Source: an uncultured Clostridium sp.
Lineage (GTDB): Bacteria > Bacillota_I > Bacilli_A > RF39 > UBA660
Assembly (NCBI GenBank): GCA_905199855.1
Contig: CAJKHY010000002.1
Span: forward strand, 8,571-72,570
Direction of reading: 5' to 3'
Length of the DNA stretch: 64,000 bases
The notes beneath the pieces are model-generated. The model saw only the letters and a list, made by a program, of their open reading frames with translations, searched no databases and had not been told where the DNA came from. Positions within the stretch are counted from its first letter, which is position 1. Each line of letters begins with the position of its first letter. Below, piece by piece: positions 39,014 to 49,979 of this stretch. The translations under genes were made by a program, and so were the position numbers.

Positions 39014-40165
39014 TTATGCTATATACTGATTTATTATTAAAGATATTTTTTGTTCAGCTTTAGTAGTAGCGGTTACTTTGACATCAGTTGGTATTTTGAT
39101 AATAGCACCAGTTGATTCTACGATACTGTCAATAGTATATCCACCAGTTACAGATGTAGCTGTTTCATTTTTGTAATCTTTATAAGTGTAACGATATGAT
39201 GGCTTTACTGCAGCATCTATATCCCAACTAACATTTTGATTTGCATTAACAGTGAAGGTTGAAGATTTACCACTTGTTTTATCATCTTGAGTGTAAGTTA
39301 TATTGTCGTAAGTTAAGGCTAAATCTTTTTCATAATAAATGGTAGCGGTAGCACTTTTTCCACCAGGTGTTTTAGCAGTTACCGTAATAGTAGCTCCATT
39401 AGAACAATTTTTAGGATTAGAAACAACGTTAATAGCACCGGTATTTTCATTAATAGTCATACAGTTAGTATCACTTAATGAAAAAGTAACTTTCCCACTA
39501 GAATTTTCTACTGTCGCAGTAGCGGTAGCTGTTTTAATACCATTAACATGAAGAGTATCTCTACTTAAGGATAAAGATATTTTTTCTTCTTTTTTAGGTT
39601 CAGGTTTAGGCTCAGGTATTTTTTCCCACTTAGCATATAAAGTAGTGTCTTCTTCTAGAAGAACATTATTATGTATTGGAGTTTCATTTATATCATACCA
39701 TCCTTTAAAAGTATAACCAGCATATGTAGGATCTTTTGGAAGGATAAGTTCAGCACCTTTATTAATAGTAATAGAGTCGACAGTACTACCACCTTTAGAG
39801 TCAAAAGTAATAGTAATTGTTTCAACTTTTCCTTTATAAAGAGCTTTTAGTTTGATATCCTTATCAATTTTAGTATTAAAGTCAAATGGTTTGTCCGCTA
39901 AAACATCTTCTTTTTCTTTAACACCAACTACTTCATACCAAGCAATAAATAATTCTCCTAGATCTTCTTGATCTTTGATATCTTTTTTGTTAATGGTTTG
40001 ATGATATTTAACTTTAATAATTTCATCTTTGGTACCATTATTCAAATCAAAAGTGACATCAAACTTTCGATTGAGAAACCATAGTAAGAAAACAATTATA
40101 GCAATTAATATAATACCAGATATAATAGCAATAATTTTTTTCTTATTTTTGTCTATTTTAGACAT
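39014..40165 (-). CDS. Membrane-anchored surface protein with Listeria-Bacteroides (InlB B-type) repeat and Ig-like region
   Basis: N-terminal TM. YAGYTFKGWYD...LYAKWEK is the flg_new/InlB-B repeat signature. A PEPKPEPKKEEK linker follows, then a Thr/Ser-rich beta region. Confidence 0.6.
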   Translation of the reverse strand: MSKIDKNKKKIIAIISGIILIAIIVFLLWFLNRKFDVTFDLNNGTKDEIIKVKYHQTINKKDIKDQEDLGELFIAWYEVVGVKEKEDVLADKPFDFNTKIDKDIKLKALYKGKVETITITFDSKGGSTVDSITINKGAELILPKDPTYAGYTFKGWYDINETPIHNNVLLEEDTTLYAKWEKIPEPKPEPKKEEKISLSLSRDTLHVNGIKTATATATVENSSGKVTFSLSDTNCMTINENTGAINVVSNPKNCSNGATITVTAKTPGGKSATATIYYEKDLALTYDNITYTQDDKTSGKSSTFTVNANQNVSWDIDAAVKPSYRYTYKDYKNETATSVTGGYTIDSIVESTGAIIKIPTDVKVTATTKAEQKISLIINQYIA

Positions 40166-40549
40166 ATATTATTCCTCCTTTAGTATATTATACTATAATA
40201 ATTATAAAAATCCAAATATATTTATAATTTTTTTTAATGTACACTACAAAAAAAGCTAGTTTACTCGTTTTTTAGCTTGTATTGTAAATAGTGTTGGTGG
40301 ATAAAAATCACTACTTATCATAACATTAGAAATATTATATATATTATTAGAACTATCAAAACCTACTATATAACTATTCGTTTCTAACTTTTTAATTTAT
40401 TTTCTAACTAATATCATTGGATATAAGACTATTAATCACTAGAACATTAAATGATTGAATAAAAAAATATAAAAAAATTATTTATAATATAGTTGAACGA
40501 AAAAGAGGTAGTCCAACTATACCAAAAGTAACAAGAAAAATAAAAGAAG

Positions 40550-40810
40550 CTATTTAGCTTCTACAATTAACTTAATTGCCGTACGTTCGTCTCCATCGAT
40601 TACAATATCTGTAAAAGCCGGAATACAAACTAAATTTTTTCCAGATGGAGCCACGAAACCTCTAGCAATTGCAATCCCTTTAATAGCTTGGTTCAATGCT
40701 CCAGCACCAATAGCCTGAATCTCAACACTTCCTTTTTCTCTAAATACATTAGCAAGAGCCCCGGCAACACTATTAGGGTTTGACTTACTAGATACTTTTA
40801 ATGTTTCCAT
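40550..40810 (-). CDS. spoVS: Stage V sporulation protein S
   Basis: 86 aa METLKVSSKSNPNSVAGALANVFREKGSVEIQAIGAGALNQAIKGIAIARGFVAPSGKNLVCIPAFTDIVIDGDERTAIKLIVEAK is canonical SpoVS. The ribosome-binding site AAAGGATGAAG precedes the ATG at 40810. A terminator is at 40535-40562. Confidence 0.92.
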   Translation of the reverse strand: METLKVSSKSNPNSVAGALANVFREKGSVEIQAIGAGALNQAIKGIAIARGFVAPSGKNLVCIPAFTDIVIDGDERTAIKLIVEAK

Positions 40811-40924
40811 AATTTCTTCATCCTTTCTACATTTAAATATATGAAGTAAAGTCATATTTATGAAGATTATTTTTTATCTTGAATTAGTACAACGATTATA
40901 TTATAATGTTCTTAGGTGAATCTC

Positions 40925-41512
40925 ATGTTTGTAATTGATAAAGAAAATATATATGAAATGATAATTAAAAATTCTAAATTTATATCTTATATTTATAAAG
41001 TTAACAGTTTAAACGATATTGAAATAATAATAAATGATATTAAAAATAAATATAAAGATGCTACCCATATTTGTTATGCTTACAAAATAGATAATTTAAT
41101 AAAAACAAATGACGATAATGAGCCTACTGGAACAGCCGGATTACCTATCTTAGAAGTAATAAATAAAAATAACTTAAACTATACTATAATTATAGTAGTT
41201 AGATACTTTGGTGGCATTAAACTAGGAGCAGGAGGTCTTCTTAGAGCATATTCAAAAGGTGCCTCAAATGTAGTCAAACTATGTAATTTAAAAAAATTAA
41301 TAAAAGGTTTTGATATCACAATTACATTCGGTTATGATAACTTAAAAAATATTGATTATCTATTAAAAGAAGAAAATATTTATGATAAAAAATATCATGA
41401 TAAAATAAAATATAGTTTTAAAACCAGCGACAATAATATTATTGATAAAATTAAAAATAATAAAGATATTACCATTAACAATATTAATGAAATCTACATA
41501 GAAAAAAACTAA
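40925..41512 (+). CDS. yigZ: IMPACT/YigZ family protein (UPF0029)
   Basis: EPTGTAGLPILEV...RYFGGIKLGAGGLLRAYS is the YigZ/IMPACT core. The ribosome-binding site AGGTGA precedes the ATG at 40925. Confidence 0.75.
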   Translation: MFVIDKENIYEMIIKNSKFISYIYKVNSLNDIEIIINDIKNKYKDATHICYAYKIDNLIKTNDDNEPTGTAGLPILEVINKNNLNYTIIIVVRYFGGIKLGAGGLLRAYSKGASNVVKLCNLKKLIKGFDITITFGYDNLKNIDYLLKEENIYDKKYHDKIKYSFKTSDNNIIDKIKNNKDITINNINEIYIEKN

Positions 41513-41534
41513 TAAGAATTTTTACTTATTAGTT

Positions 41535-42011
41535 TTACTTTGTCATTTTAAGCAATTTATATTGAAATAATGATAGACCGAATGCACATAAACCAATTGA
41601 CATGATTATTGAAATTGGTAAATCTGCTGTCTTAGGATTATCTGGGATAGTTGGTGTTGGTTCATCAGGTACTTCGCAGTTTTCACAAGACCATTTTGCA
41701 CATAAAACAATATCACTATCTACTGGAGTACTAAAATCATATCTTACATTGTTCAACATCCAATATAAAAACTCAGCATCACTTCTAACTGGATCTTCAG
41801 GTTTTTGGTCAGTCGCAGTTAAACCTTCCATAACTCTAACTATTACCTTTTCTTGTCCATAATGAGAACCTGTAAAAGTACCACCTGTTGCATCAAATGT
41901 TACTGAATATACATCAGCAGCATAAGTATTTTTTAAAATTAAAGCAGTAATACCAAATACAACCATAATAGCACCAAGAACTGCAGTTATCACATATCTC
42001 TTTTCTTTCAT
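41535..42011 (-). CDS. Small surface protein with InlB-B-type repeat and C-terminal NPKTAD + TM + basic tail (putative sortase-B-type wall-sorting signal)
   Basis: Signal peptide. VTFDATGGTF...AEFLYWML...LCAKW repeat. C-terminal ...DNPKTADLPISIIMSIGLCAFGLSLFQYKLLKMTK. Confidence 0.55.
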   Translation of the reverse strand: MKEKRYVITAVLGAIMVVFGITALILKNTYAADVYSVTFDATGGTFTGSHYGQEKVIVRVMEGLTATDQKPEDPVRSDAEFLYWMLNNVRYDFSTPVDSDIVLCAKWSCENCEVPDEPTPTIPDNPKTADLPISIIMSIGLCAFGLSLFQYKLLKMTK

Positions 42012-42198
42012 ATAAGTTGTCCTCCTTATTTTTCTAATATAAATATATCATATTTATTTTTGTTTGACAATACCTTTTTGAAAAAAGATAATCTAAAAGA
42101 AAAAGAAATTGAAATTTTATAATCTCAACTTCTTAGAATAGTTACTTTGACATAGTGAATTTTTATTCACCCACACTATTACAAAGAATCCTTTTAAT

Positions 42199-43659
42199 TT
42201 ATAAAGCCACCATTGCTAACGTTAAGATAACCATCGAAGCTAAAGCTATCGTTAATACTACTTTAATTGACCATTTAAACCACGTTGAATAATCAACACG
42301 GGCAAGTGCTAGTCCACCCATTATAGCCCCGCATGTTGGAGTAATTAAGTTAACTAAACCATTCGCCGCTACTAAAATCATAATATTTGTTTCAACACTA
42401 AAGCCTAATTGATAAGCAAGTGGTCCCATAATTGGTGTTGACAATGAAGCAAGTCCAGATGAAGATGGTACTAAGAATGACAAACCTACATGTAACAAAT
42501 AATTAAGTGGAGCAAATATTCCAGCAGGTGTTCCCTTTAATGCCTCAGCCGCATTATAAATAATATAATTATCTAAATGCGTTGTTTTCATAAGTACAGA
42601 AGCTCCACGTGCAACAGCAATAATTAGAACAACACTTAGGATATCTGAAGCACCAGAAATAAATGCATCAACAAGTTCATGTTCCTTTAATTTTCCAACT
42701 ATACCAATAATAATAGCCATAACAAAGAACCATACTGCACCGTCTAAGAAATACCAATAACCAAAGCAATTTCCAGTTAATATTGCAGAGAAATGTGTTC
42801 CAGCGTCTGCTACATCAGCAGGTATTATGCCAAAATCTACCCAAGGAATAAAACCTATAATCATAACTACAAATGTTAAACCAAATAACCATAATACTAT
42901 TTTTTGTCTAGTAGTAAGTTTAGCATCATCATTTAAATAATCATCTTTAGCATATGCTTGTTGCATAGCTTTTTGTTCTTGTAATGATAAGAATGTTGAA
43001 CCTTTATCAGCCTTTACTTTCTTAGCATAACTAAGCACAAATAGTACTGCAATAATATAAGATACTATCCACAAAGCAACACCTAAACCAATAGTAATAC
43101 CTTGATTCACTTGGATTCCTTCCGGTAGTGCACTAATTGCAGCCCCTACTGCAAATGGATTGATGGTCGAACCAAGAACACCAACACCAGCTCCAAGCAA
43201 TACCGTAGCCGATGCTACAATAGTATCCATTCCAGCTGCTACCATAGTGAACGAAAGTAATCCATAAAATGCTACGGTTTCTTCCATCATTCCATATGTT
43301 GTTCCACCTATTGAAAAAATCAACATTAGTATTGGAATTAAAATAAGTTCTCTTCCTTTCAATTTCTTAACTAAAACTTTTATACCAGTTTCTAAAGCAC
43401 CTGTTTTAGTAACTATTGCTAAAAGTCCACCTAATACTAAGATAAATACGCTCACATCGGCAGCATCTTGGAATCCTAGTATTGGGGCAGATAAAATATC
43501 TGATATTTTTGCACCAACAACCCCACTACCATTTACTATATCTTCACCAACAAAACTAGCTTTTGGTAGTAAATGAGAAATAATTCCCAATAATACTATA
43601 ATTATAAATATTATTGAAAATGATGTTAAAACAAACTTTTTCTTTTTTGTCCTTGCCAT
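42199..43659 (-). CDS. YfcC-family membrane transporter; putative arginine/ornithine antiporter of the ADI operon
   Basis: 486 aa polytopic. The N-terminus KKKKFVLTSFSIIFIIIVLLGIISHLLP matches the YfcC/DcuC-like family. It is the last gene of the arcABC cluster. Confidence 0.65.
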   Translation of the reverse strand: MARTKKKKFVLTSFSIIFIIIVLLGIISHLLPKASFVGEDIVNGSGVVGAKISDILSAPILGFQDAADVSVFILVLGGLLAIVTKTGALETGIKVLVKKLKGRELILIPILMLIFSIGGTTYGMMEETVAFYGLLSFTMVAAGMDTIVASATVLLGAGVGVLGSTINPFAVGAAISALPEGIQVNQGITIGLGVALWIVSYIIAVLFVLSYAKKVKADKGSTFLSLQEQKAMQQAYAKDDYLNDDAKLTTRQKIVLWLFGLTFVVMIIGFIPWVDFGIIPADVADAGTHFSAILTGNCFGYWYFLDGAVWFFVMAIIIGIVGKLKEHELVDAFISGASDILSVVLIIAVARGASVLMKTTHLDNYIIYNAAEALKGTPAGIFAPLNYLLHVGLSFLVPSSSGLASLSTPIMGPLAYQLGFSVETNIMILVAANGLVNLITPTCGAIMGGLALARVDYSTWFKWSIKVVLTIALASMVILTLAMVAL

Positions 43660-43671
43660 TTTAAATTCCTC

Positions 43672-44601
43672 CTATTTTTTTATTCTGGTACCTGTTTTAC
43701 CTTTTAAAGCCTCAAGAGCTTTATCTAAAGATGTTATTATTGCAAGTTTGTTATCACTATTATTTACAAAGTCTACACAAGCAAGTATTTTAGGCAACAT
43801 ACTACCCTCCGCAAACTGTCTATCTTTAATATAAGTATCTATTTCTTTAGTATGTATTTCATCTAATCCTATTTCATTATCTTTCTTATAGTTTAGATAA
43901 ACCTTATCTACCGCGGTTAATATTAGTAAGATATCAGCATCAAGTTCTCTTGCTAAAGCAGAACTAGCATAGTCTTTATCAATAACAGCATCTATTCCTT
44001 TTAGCTCATTATTTAAGATTACTGGAATACCTCCCCCACCAACAGTGATAACAATGTTACCAGCATCAAGCATATTCTTGATAACATTTAATTCTAGAAT
44101 GCTTTTTGGCTTAGGCGAAGGTACCACTCTCCTATAACCACGAGAAGCATCCTCAACAAATTTATAACCAGTAGAAACTTCTAAACTAAGAGCTTCTTCC
44201 TTGGTATAAAACATTCCTACAGGCTTAGTTGGATGATTAAATGCTTCGTCTTTTTCATCCACTAAAACTTGAGTAATGATTGTTGCACAATCTTTTTTGA
44301 TATTATTTTCCCTTAGACAATTAGTTATTGCTTGTTGTAGATGATAACCTATATACCCTTGACTCATTGCCCCACACTCTGCAAAAGGCATAGAAGGTAT
44401 AGTAGAATCATTCTTTGAGGCATTTTCAAATGCTAAGTTAATGATTCCTACCTGAGGTCCATTACCATGAGCAATAACAACAGTATGTCCTTCTTTAATA
44501 ATATCTACTATATTTAAAGCCGTTTGTTTCACTAATCTTAATTGTTCACTAGGAGTCTTACCTAAAGCATTACCCCCTAAAGCAATAACAATTTTACTCA
44601 T
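43672..44601 (-). CDS. arcC: Carbamate kinase
   Basis: [14 protein letters not shown]...[11 protein letters not shown] is the carbamate kinase family. Confidence 0.9.
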   Translation of the reverse strand: MSKIVIALGGNALGKTPSEQLRLVKQTALNIVDIIKEGHTVVIAHGNGPQVGIINLAFENASKNDSTIPSMPFAECGAMSQGYIGYHLQQAITNCLRENNIKKDCATIITQVLVDEKDEAFNHPTKPVGMFYTKEEALSLEVSTGYKFVEDASRGYRRVVPSPKPKSILELNVIKNMLDAGNIVITVGGGGIPVILNNELKGIDAVIDKDYASSALARELDADILLILTAVDKVYLNYKKDNEIGLDEIHTKEIDTYIKDRQFAEGSMLPKILACVDFVNNSDNKLAIITSLDKALEALKGKTGTRIKK

Positions 44602-45592
44602 GATTATCCTTCATGGTGGCATATATCACGGCTTTAATAGTATGCATTCTATTCTCTGCTTCTTCAAATACTTTAGACTGATTACTCTCAAATACTTCAT
44701 TACTTACTTCCATTTCAGGTAAACCAAATTTCTCATATATATCTTTACCTATTTTAGTATTTAGGTCATGGAAAGATGGTAAACAATGCAAGAAAATAGC
44801 GTTTGGATTTGCATTATTCATAACTGTTTTATTTACTTGATATGGTTTTAATAAATTAATTCTCTCATTCCATACCTCATCAGGTTCTCCCATTGATACC
44901 CATACATCGGTGTATATTACATTGGCATTCTTAGTACCTTTCATAACATCTTCTGTTAAATTAATAGTACTACCATTTTTTAAAGCAATTTCCTTACAAA
45001 TATTGATTAATTCCTGAGAAGGCCACAAAGACTGTGGAGCGCATACAGTAAAATTAATACCCATTTTGGCACTTACTACCATTAAAGAATTACCAACATT
45101 ATTTCTAGCATCTCCCATAAATACCATATTAATACCTTTTAAATGTCCAAATACTTCTTCAATTGTCATAACATCCGCAAGCATTTGAGTTGGATGAAAT
45201 TCATTAGTAAGTCCATTCCATACAGGAACACTAGAATACTTAGCTAAATCCTCAACTATTTCTTGAGCAAATCCGCGATACTCAATACCATCATATATTC
45301 TTGATAATACCCTTGCCGTATCTGCGATAGACTCTTTTTTTCCCATTTGACTACCAGTAGGCCCTAAGTATGTAACATGCATACCAAGATCATAACCTGC
45401 TACTTCAAAGGAACACCTTGTCCTAGTTGAATCTTTTTCAAAGATAAGAGCAATATTCTTACCTTTTAAATACTCATGATTCTCACCATTTTGTTTTTTC
45501 TTTTTAAACTCTTTAGCTAAATCTAATAAATATCTTATTTCTTCTTCTTTATAATCTAATAATTTAAGAAAATCTCTACCATATAAATTCAT
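44594..45592 (-). CDS. arcB: Ornithine carbamoyltransferase (catabolic)
   Basis: [13 protein letters not shown] and the OTC family. Start MNLYGRDFL at the ATG at 45592 after the ribosome-binding site AAGGGAGG. The tracked start at 45628 is an extension. Confidence 0.9.
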   Translation of the reverse strand: MNLYGRDFLKLLDYKEEEIRYLLDLAKEFKKKKQNGENHEYLKGKNIALIFEKDSTRTRCSFEVAGYDLGMHVTYLGPTGSQMGKKESIADTARVLSRIYDGIEYRGFAQEIVEDLAKYSSVPVWNGLTNEFHPTQMLADVMTIEEVFGHLKGINMVFMGDARNNVGNSLMVVSAKMGINFTVCAPQSLWPSQELINICKEIALKNGSTINLTEDVMKGTKNANVIYTDVWVSMGEPDEVWNERINLLKPYQVNKTVMNNANPNAIFLHCLPSFHDLNTKIGKDIYEKFGLPEMEVSNEVFESNQSKVFEEAENRMHTIKAVIYATMKDNHE

Positions 45593-45594
45593 TC

Positions 45595-46821
45595 CTAATC
45601 CTCCCTTATAAGTGGCATACTCATACATCTTGGACCACCTCTACCACGTGATAGTTCAGCACTTTGCATTTCATATACCTTTATTCCATGTTCTCTTAAA
45701 ATTTCATTAGTAATATTATTTCTATTGTATACTACTACTACTCCCGGAGCAATACATAATGTATTAGTACCATCATTCCATTGTTCACGTTCGCTTGCTA
45801 TTTTATCACCACCAGCACATGGAATTAAGGTAATTTCTTTATTTAAATATTCTTCTAATATTTTCTCTAAACTACCTTTTCTTTTTCTAACTTTTACTTC
45901 TTCTTCATTTTCACCCTTAGTTATTTCAAATACTTCTAAAGTATTCATGATACCAGGATGATATGTAAATTTATCATAATCTATTTGGGTAAATACTGTG
46001 TCTAAATGCATAAAAGCACGACATTCTGGAATCTTAAAAGCAAGCACCGTATCTATCTTAACATTTTTATCCCTAAATAAATTCTTAGCAAGCATATCTA
46101 TTGCTTCCGCACTCGTTCTTTGCGAAATACCTACTGCTAAAACATGCTCATTTAAATTCAAAATATCTCCACCTTCAATACTAAATGGATTAGTCCTATC
46201 ATAATACTTAGTAACTTTATCCATATATTTTGGATGATAGTTAAAAATATATTCAGCATAAATAGTTTCTCTATTTCTAGTAGCAGAATACATCTTATTT
46301 AAAGATATTCCATCTCCTATTGAAGCAAAAGGATCTCTTGTAAAATATAAATTGGGTATTGGATCGGCTAAAAACTCTCCCTCTTCACTAACTAAATCTA
46401 CTAAAGAATTTTCAATATCTTTCTTAGTTCTAGATAATTCACTTACTTGAATTCCTTCCATTGTCTTTAAAACTAACTCTTTCATATCAGTATAACTATT
46501 TAAATATTCAAACATTAAATCTTTATACATTGGTGTCCTAACACCTGCTTCATATATAAATTGTCTTATAAAACTAGGTTTTAGTTGAGGATTTAACTCT
46601 AATGTTTCAGCCATTAAATCTTCAAGATAAAATACTTTAATATCATTATCTCTAAGTATCTGTACAAACTCATCATGTTCTGCTTGAGCTTCTTTAAGAT
46701 ATGGAATATCATCAAAAAGTAATCTACCTAAAGTATCTGGTGTCAAGTTAAGTAATTCCTTTCCCGGTCTATGGACTAGAACTTCTTTTAAAGGTTTGAT
46801 TTCACTTGTAACATGAATCAT
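45595..46821 (-). CDS. arcA: Arginine deiminase
   Basis: 408 aa, [23 protein letters not shown]... with the C-terminal catalytic Cys region ...[10 protein letters not shown]. This is the ADI family. Confidence 0.92.
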   Translation of the reverse strand: MIHVTSEIKPLKEVLVHRPGKELLNLTPDTLGRLLFDDIPYLKEAQAEHDEFVQILRDNDIKVFYLEDLMAETLELNPQLKPSFIRQFIYEAGVRTPMYKDLMFEYLNSYTDMKELVLKTMEGIQVSELSRTKKDIENSLVDLVSEEGEFLADPIPNLYFTRDPFASIGDGISLNKMYSATRNRETIYAEYIFNYHPKYMDKVTKYYDRTNPFSIEGGDILNLNEHVLAVGISQRTSAEAIDMLAKNLFRDKNVKIDTVLAFKIPECRAFMHLDTVFTQIDYDKFTYHPGIMNTLEVFEITKGENEEEVKVRKRKGSLEKILEEYLNKEITLIPCAGGDKIASEREQWNDGTNTLCIAPGVVVVYNRNNITNEILREHGIKVYEMQSAELSRGRGGPRCMSMPLIRED

Positions 46822-46864
46822 CTTATCACCTACTTTCTATTATATATATTGTAACATACTTTCT

Positions 46865-47581
46865 TTAATTTGTTAACTCGTTTGTAAGAAAATCATCAAG
46901 TTTTTTGTTTTTATGATTTTTAAAATCAAATGGTGCCTTAGTATCAACTTCTATTTTACCATTTTCTATAAATATAATACGATCTACTATCTCTTTTACA
47001 AAACTAAGTTCATGACTTACTAAAATAATAGTCATATGTAATTCCTTTAATTTTTTTATAAGTTCTAATACCTCATTAGTCATTTTAGGATCTAAACTAC
47101 TAGTAGGTTCATCAAAAAGAATAAGCTTAGGATTCATTATTAAAGTTCTAGCTATAGCCACTCTTTGCTTCTCACCACCCGATAAATTACTAGGAAATTC
47201 ATTCTCTTTATCTAAAATATTCATATCTTTAAGTAACTGTCTAGCTCTCTTTTTAGCCTCATTAATATTAAGTATTTTTAACTTTACTGGTGCTAAAATA
47301 ATATTATCTAAAACACTTAAATTATTAAATAAATTAAATTGCTGAAATACCATGCCTACTTTTTCATAATAATTCTTAATTGCATCAATCTTAATATTAT
47401 CAAACAAAATTACACCTGAATTAATTCTCTCTAATCTACTAATGCATCTAAGAAGTGTACTTTTACCACATCCTGATTCTCCTATAATACCTATAACTTC
47501 ACCCTTATTAACAGTAAACGATATATCATTTAAAACTATATTTTTATTATAACTTTTAACTAAATTTCTAACTTCTAACAT
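46865..47581 (-). CDS. Amino-acid ABC transporter ATP-binding protein (GlnQ/ArtP-like)
   Basis: Walker A GESGCGKST. Signature LSGGEKQR. Walker B ILFDEPTSSLD. Confidence 0.9.
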   Translation of the reverse strand: MLEVRNLVKSYNKNIVLNDISFTVNKGEVIGIIGESGCGKSTLLRCISRLERINSGVILFDNIKIDAIKNYYEKVGMVFQQFNLFNNLSVLDNIILAPVKLKILNINEAKKRARQLLKDMNILDKENEFPSNLSGGEKQRVAIARTLIMNPKLILFDEPTSSLDPKMTNEVLELIKKLKELHMTIILVSHELSFVKEIVDRIIFIENGKIEVDTKAPFDFKNHKNKKLDDFLTNELTN

Positions 47582-48287
47582 TATTTAACTTCCTTTCCAT
47601 AACATTAATTAACTTAGATAAGAAATAAGTCATTGTAAAGTAAATAATAGCAATAATAATAAGAGGGAAAAAATAATCATAAGTACGAGAAGCAATAATA
47701 TCTGAAGCTTTAGTTAATTCACAAATACCAATATAACCTGCAACAGAAGTTTCTTTTAATAAAGTAATAAACTCATTACCTAAAGCGGGTAATATATTCC
47801 TAATCGCTTGAGGCAATACCACATAATACATAGTTTGAATATAGTTTAATCCAAGTATATTAGAGGCTTCAAACTGTCCTTTATCAATAGATATAATACC
47901 CGATTTAATTATCTCAGATACATATGCTGATGAATTTAAACCAAAAGCAATAATACCTACTAAAATAATATTGATATTAACACTTTTAAAAATAACATAA
48001 TATATTATCATTAATTGTAACAAAACAGGCGTTCCTCTTATAACTAAAACATAAAAATCACATATTCTTCTTAAAATTTTAAACTTACCCGTATGAATAT
48101 TAGCATTTATTATTAAAGCAATAATAGTACCTAATAAAACACCAATTATTGTTGCAAAAAGAGCCATAATTATTGTATTTCCTAATCCTTCTAATATATA
48201 TAAATACCTATTTTCATATATTAATGAATAGTATAAGTTTTCAAATACCCCATTAAAAAAATTATATAAAGATTTCAAACAAATCAC
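47568..48287 (-). CDS. Amino-acid ABC transporter permease (HisM/GlnP family)
   Basis: Polytopic. EAS-loop-like ...ASRTYDYF... It overlaps the ATPase gene. Confidence 0.85.
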   Translation of the reverse strand: MICLKSLYNFFNGVFENLYYSLIYENRYLYILEGLGNTIIMALFATIIGVLLGTIIALIINANIHTGKFKILRRICDFYVLVIRGTPVLLQLMIIYYVIFKSVNINIILVGIIAFGLNSSAYVSEIIKSGIISIDKGQFEASNILGLNYIQTMYYVVLPQAIRNILPALGNEFITLLKETSVAGYIGICELTKASDIIASRTYDYFFPLIIIAIIYFTMTYFLSKLINVMERKLNNVRS

Positions 48288-49001
48288 CTACTTTGTATAT
48301 TTAATTACATATTCATCAATTTTACCCTCATTAATTAAATTATTTAATACTTCATTTACTTTATCTAATAATTCAGTATTACCTTTCTTTATCGCAATAC
48401 CATAAGTATCTTCAAAAACATAACCATCTAAAATAGTAAGATTAGTATTCTTCTTAACTATCTCTTTAGCAGGCAATTCATCCATAACAATAGCATCAAC
48501 CTTATTACCCTTCAAATCTTCAACCATAGTTAAATATTTCTTTTGTCTTAGAAGTTCAGTACTCTTGTGTTTATCAGTAAAATAAGTATCAGCAACACTA
48601 CCAAGTTGAACTGCAACTTTTTTATTATAAATATTATCTATATTAGTAATATTACTACCCTTCAAAACAATAACAACTTGCTTTGAAGTAATATAATTCA
48701 TACTAAAATCAACCTCTTTTTTTCTCTCTTCATTAACAGAAATACCCGCAAGTGCAATATCTGCTTTACCACTTTTTATCTCATTTAAAATAGAATCAAA
48801 ATAAATATCTTTAATAACTAATTCCTTACCCATCGACTTAGCTATTTCCTTGGCTATCTCTACATCCACCCCAACAATATCACCATTCTCATAATATTCA
48901 TAAGGAGCAAAACCAGCTTCAGTTACCATAATAAGTTTATTATTATCACGACCACATCCAGTTAATAAAACAAGTACTAATAACATTAAATATTTCTTCA
49001 T
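48288..49001 (-). CDS. Amino-acid ABC transporter substrate-binding lipoprotein (likely arginine)
   Basis: Lipobox LLTGCG. Type 3 periplasmic binding-protein fold. First gene of the operon that ends in arcABC-antiporter. A promoter TTGTAA-17-TATACT lies upstream. Confidence 0.8.
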   Translation of the reverse strand: MKKYLMLLVLVLLTGCGRDNNKLIMVTEAGFAPYEYYENGDIVGVDVEIAKEIAKSMGKELVIKDIYFDSILNEIKSGKADIALAGISVNEERKKEVDFSMNYITSKQVVIVLKGSNITNIDNIYNKKVAVQLGSVADTYFTDKHKSTELLRQKKYLTMVEDLKGNKVDAIVMDELPAKEIVKKNTNLTILDGYVFEDTYGIAIKKGNTELLDKVNEVLNNLINEGKIDEYVIKYTK

Positions 49002-49217
49002 TTCATAACCTCTATTCTTTTTGTATTATTAAAATAAGTATAACAAAAATAAGTTATATTTACAAGTTATTTTTTCTTTTTTTTTGCTACCACTGTTTTA
49101 ATTTTTCAATTACATTCTTCTTATTCAATATCAATTATTTTCTTTTAACTATTATTCTCAACGTTTTCTTTTATACATTTTTTAACATTCTTATAAAAAA
49201 AAACCTATTAAAGTTTC

Positions 49218-49970
49218 TTAATATATTTTTCTTTTTTGTATTTTAGAATTTAAGAACATAACAAAATTTATTGGTAATAACTTTACTAAAATCTTATTTA
49301 ACTTCATTAATCTACTAGGAACAATAATTAACTTATCTAAAAACATATTATCTATAGCATACTTTGCTACCTTATTACTCCTAAGTGAACCAATACTAAA
49401 TTTAACATTTGCAATCTTATTAAAATTAGTCTTAACTGGTCCAGGACACAAAACTGATATTTTAACATTTGAATTCATTTGTTTTAGTTCTTCATAAATA
49501 GCTAAAGTTAAATTTAAAACATAACTTTTCGTGGCATAATAAGTAGCCATATAAGGACCTGGCATAAAGCCCGCCATCGAAGCTACATTCAAAATACGAC
49601 CATGATTTCTTTTAACAAAATCTATTAAAAATAATTTAGTTAAAATATGATAAGCACGTACATTAACATCTATCATATTAAGTTCCTTATCCAAAGATGT
49701 TTCTACAAACTTGCCAGCATCTCCAAAACCAGCATTATTAACTAATATATCAATATTTTCATTCTTTAACATCTCATATAACTTATAACAATTATCTTTA
49801 TCACCTAAATCTAAACATATATTAGTTACTTTAGTTTTAACATCCTTAAATAATACTTCTATTTTCTCATAATCTCTCGAAACTAAGTATAAATCATATC
49901 CTAAATTAGATAAATACAGAGCCATATCTTTTCCAATTCCTGAAGATGCTCCAGTTACCAATGCTTTCAT
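49218..49970 (-). CDS. SDR-family oxidoreductase
   Basis: N-terminal TGASSGIG Rossmann motif. Catalytic YxxxK (YYATK). Confidence 0.85.
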   Translation of the reverse strand: MKALVTGASSGIGKDMALYLSNLGYDLYLVSRDYEKIEVLFKDVKTKVTNICLDLGDKDNCYKLYEMLKNENIDILVNNAGFGDAGKFVETSLDKELNMIDVNVRAYHILTKLFLIDFVKRNHGRILNVASMAGFMPGPYMATYYATKSYVLNLTLAIYEELKQMNSNVKISVLCPGPVKTNFNKIANVKFSIGSLRSNKVAKYAIDNMFLDKLIIVPSRLMKLNKILVKLLPINFVMFLNSKIQKRKIY

Positions 49971-49979
49971 ATTTCCTCC

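Noticed and set aside
49002-49217. Possible ArgR (ARG-box) operator upstream of the arginine operon
   Set aside because: The match to the TnTGAATwwwwATTCAnw consensus is only partial in a very AT-rich spacer. It is mentioned in a finding but not called as a feature.
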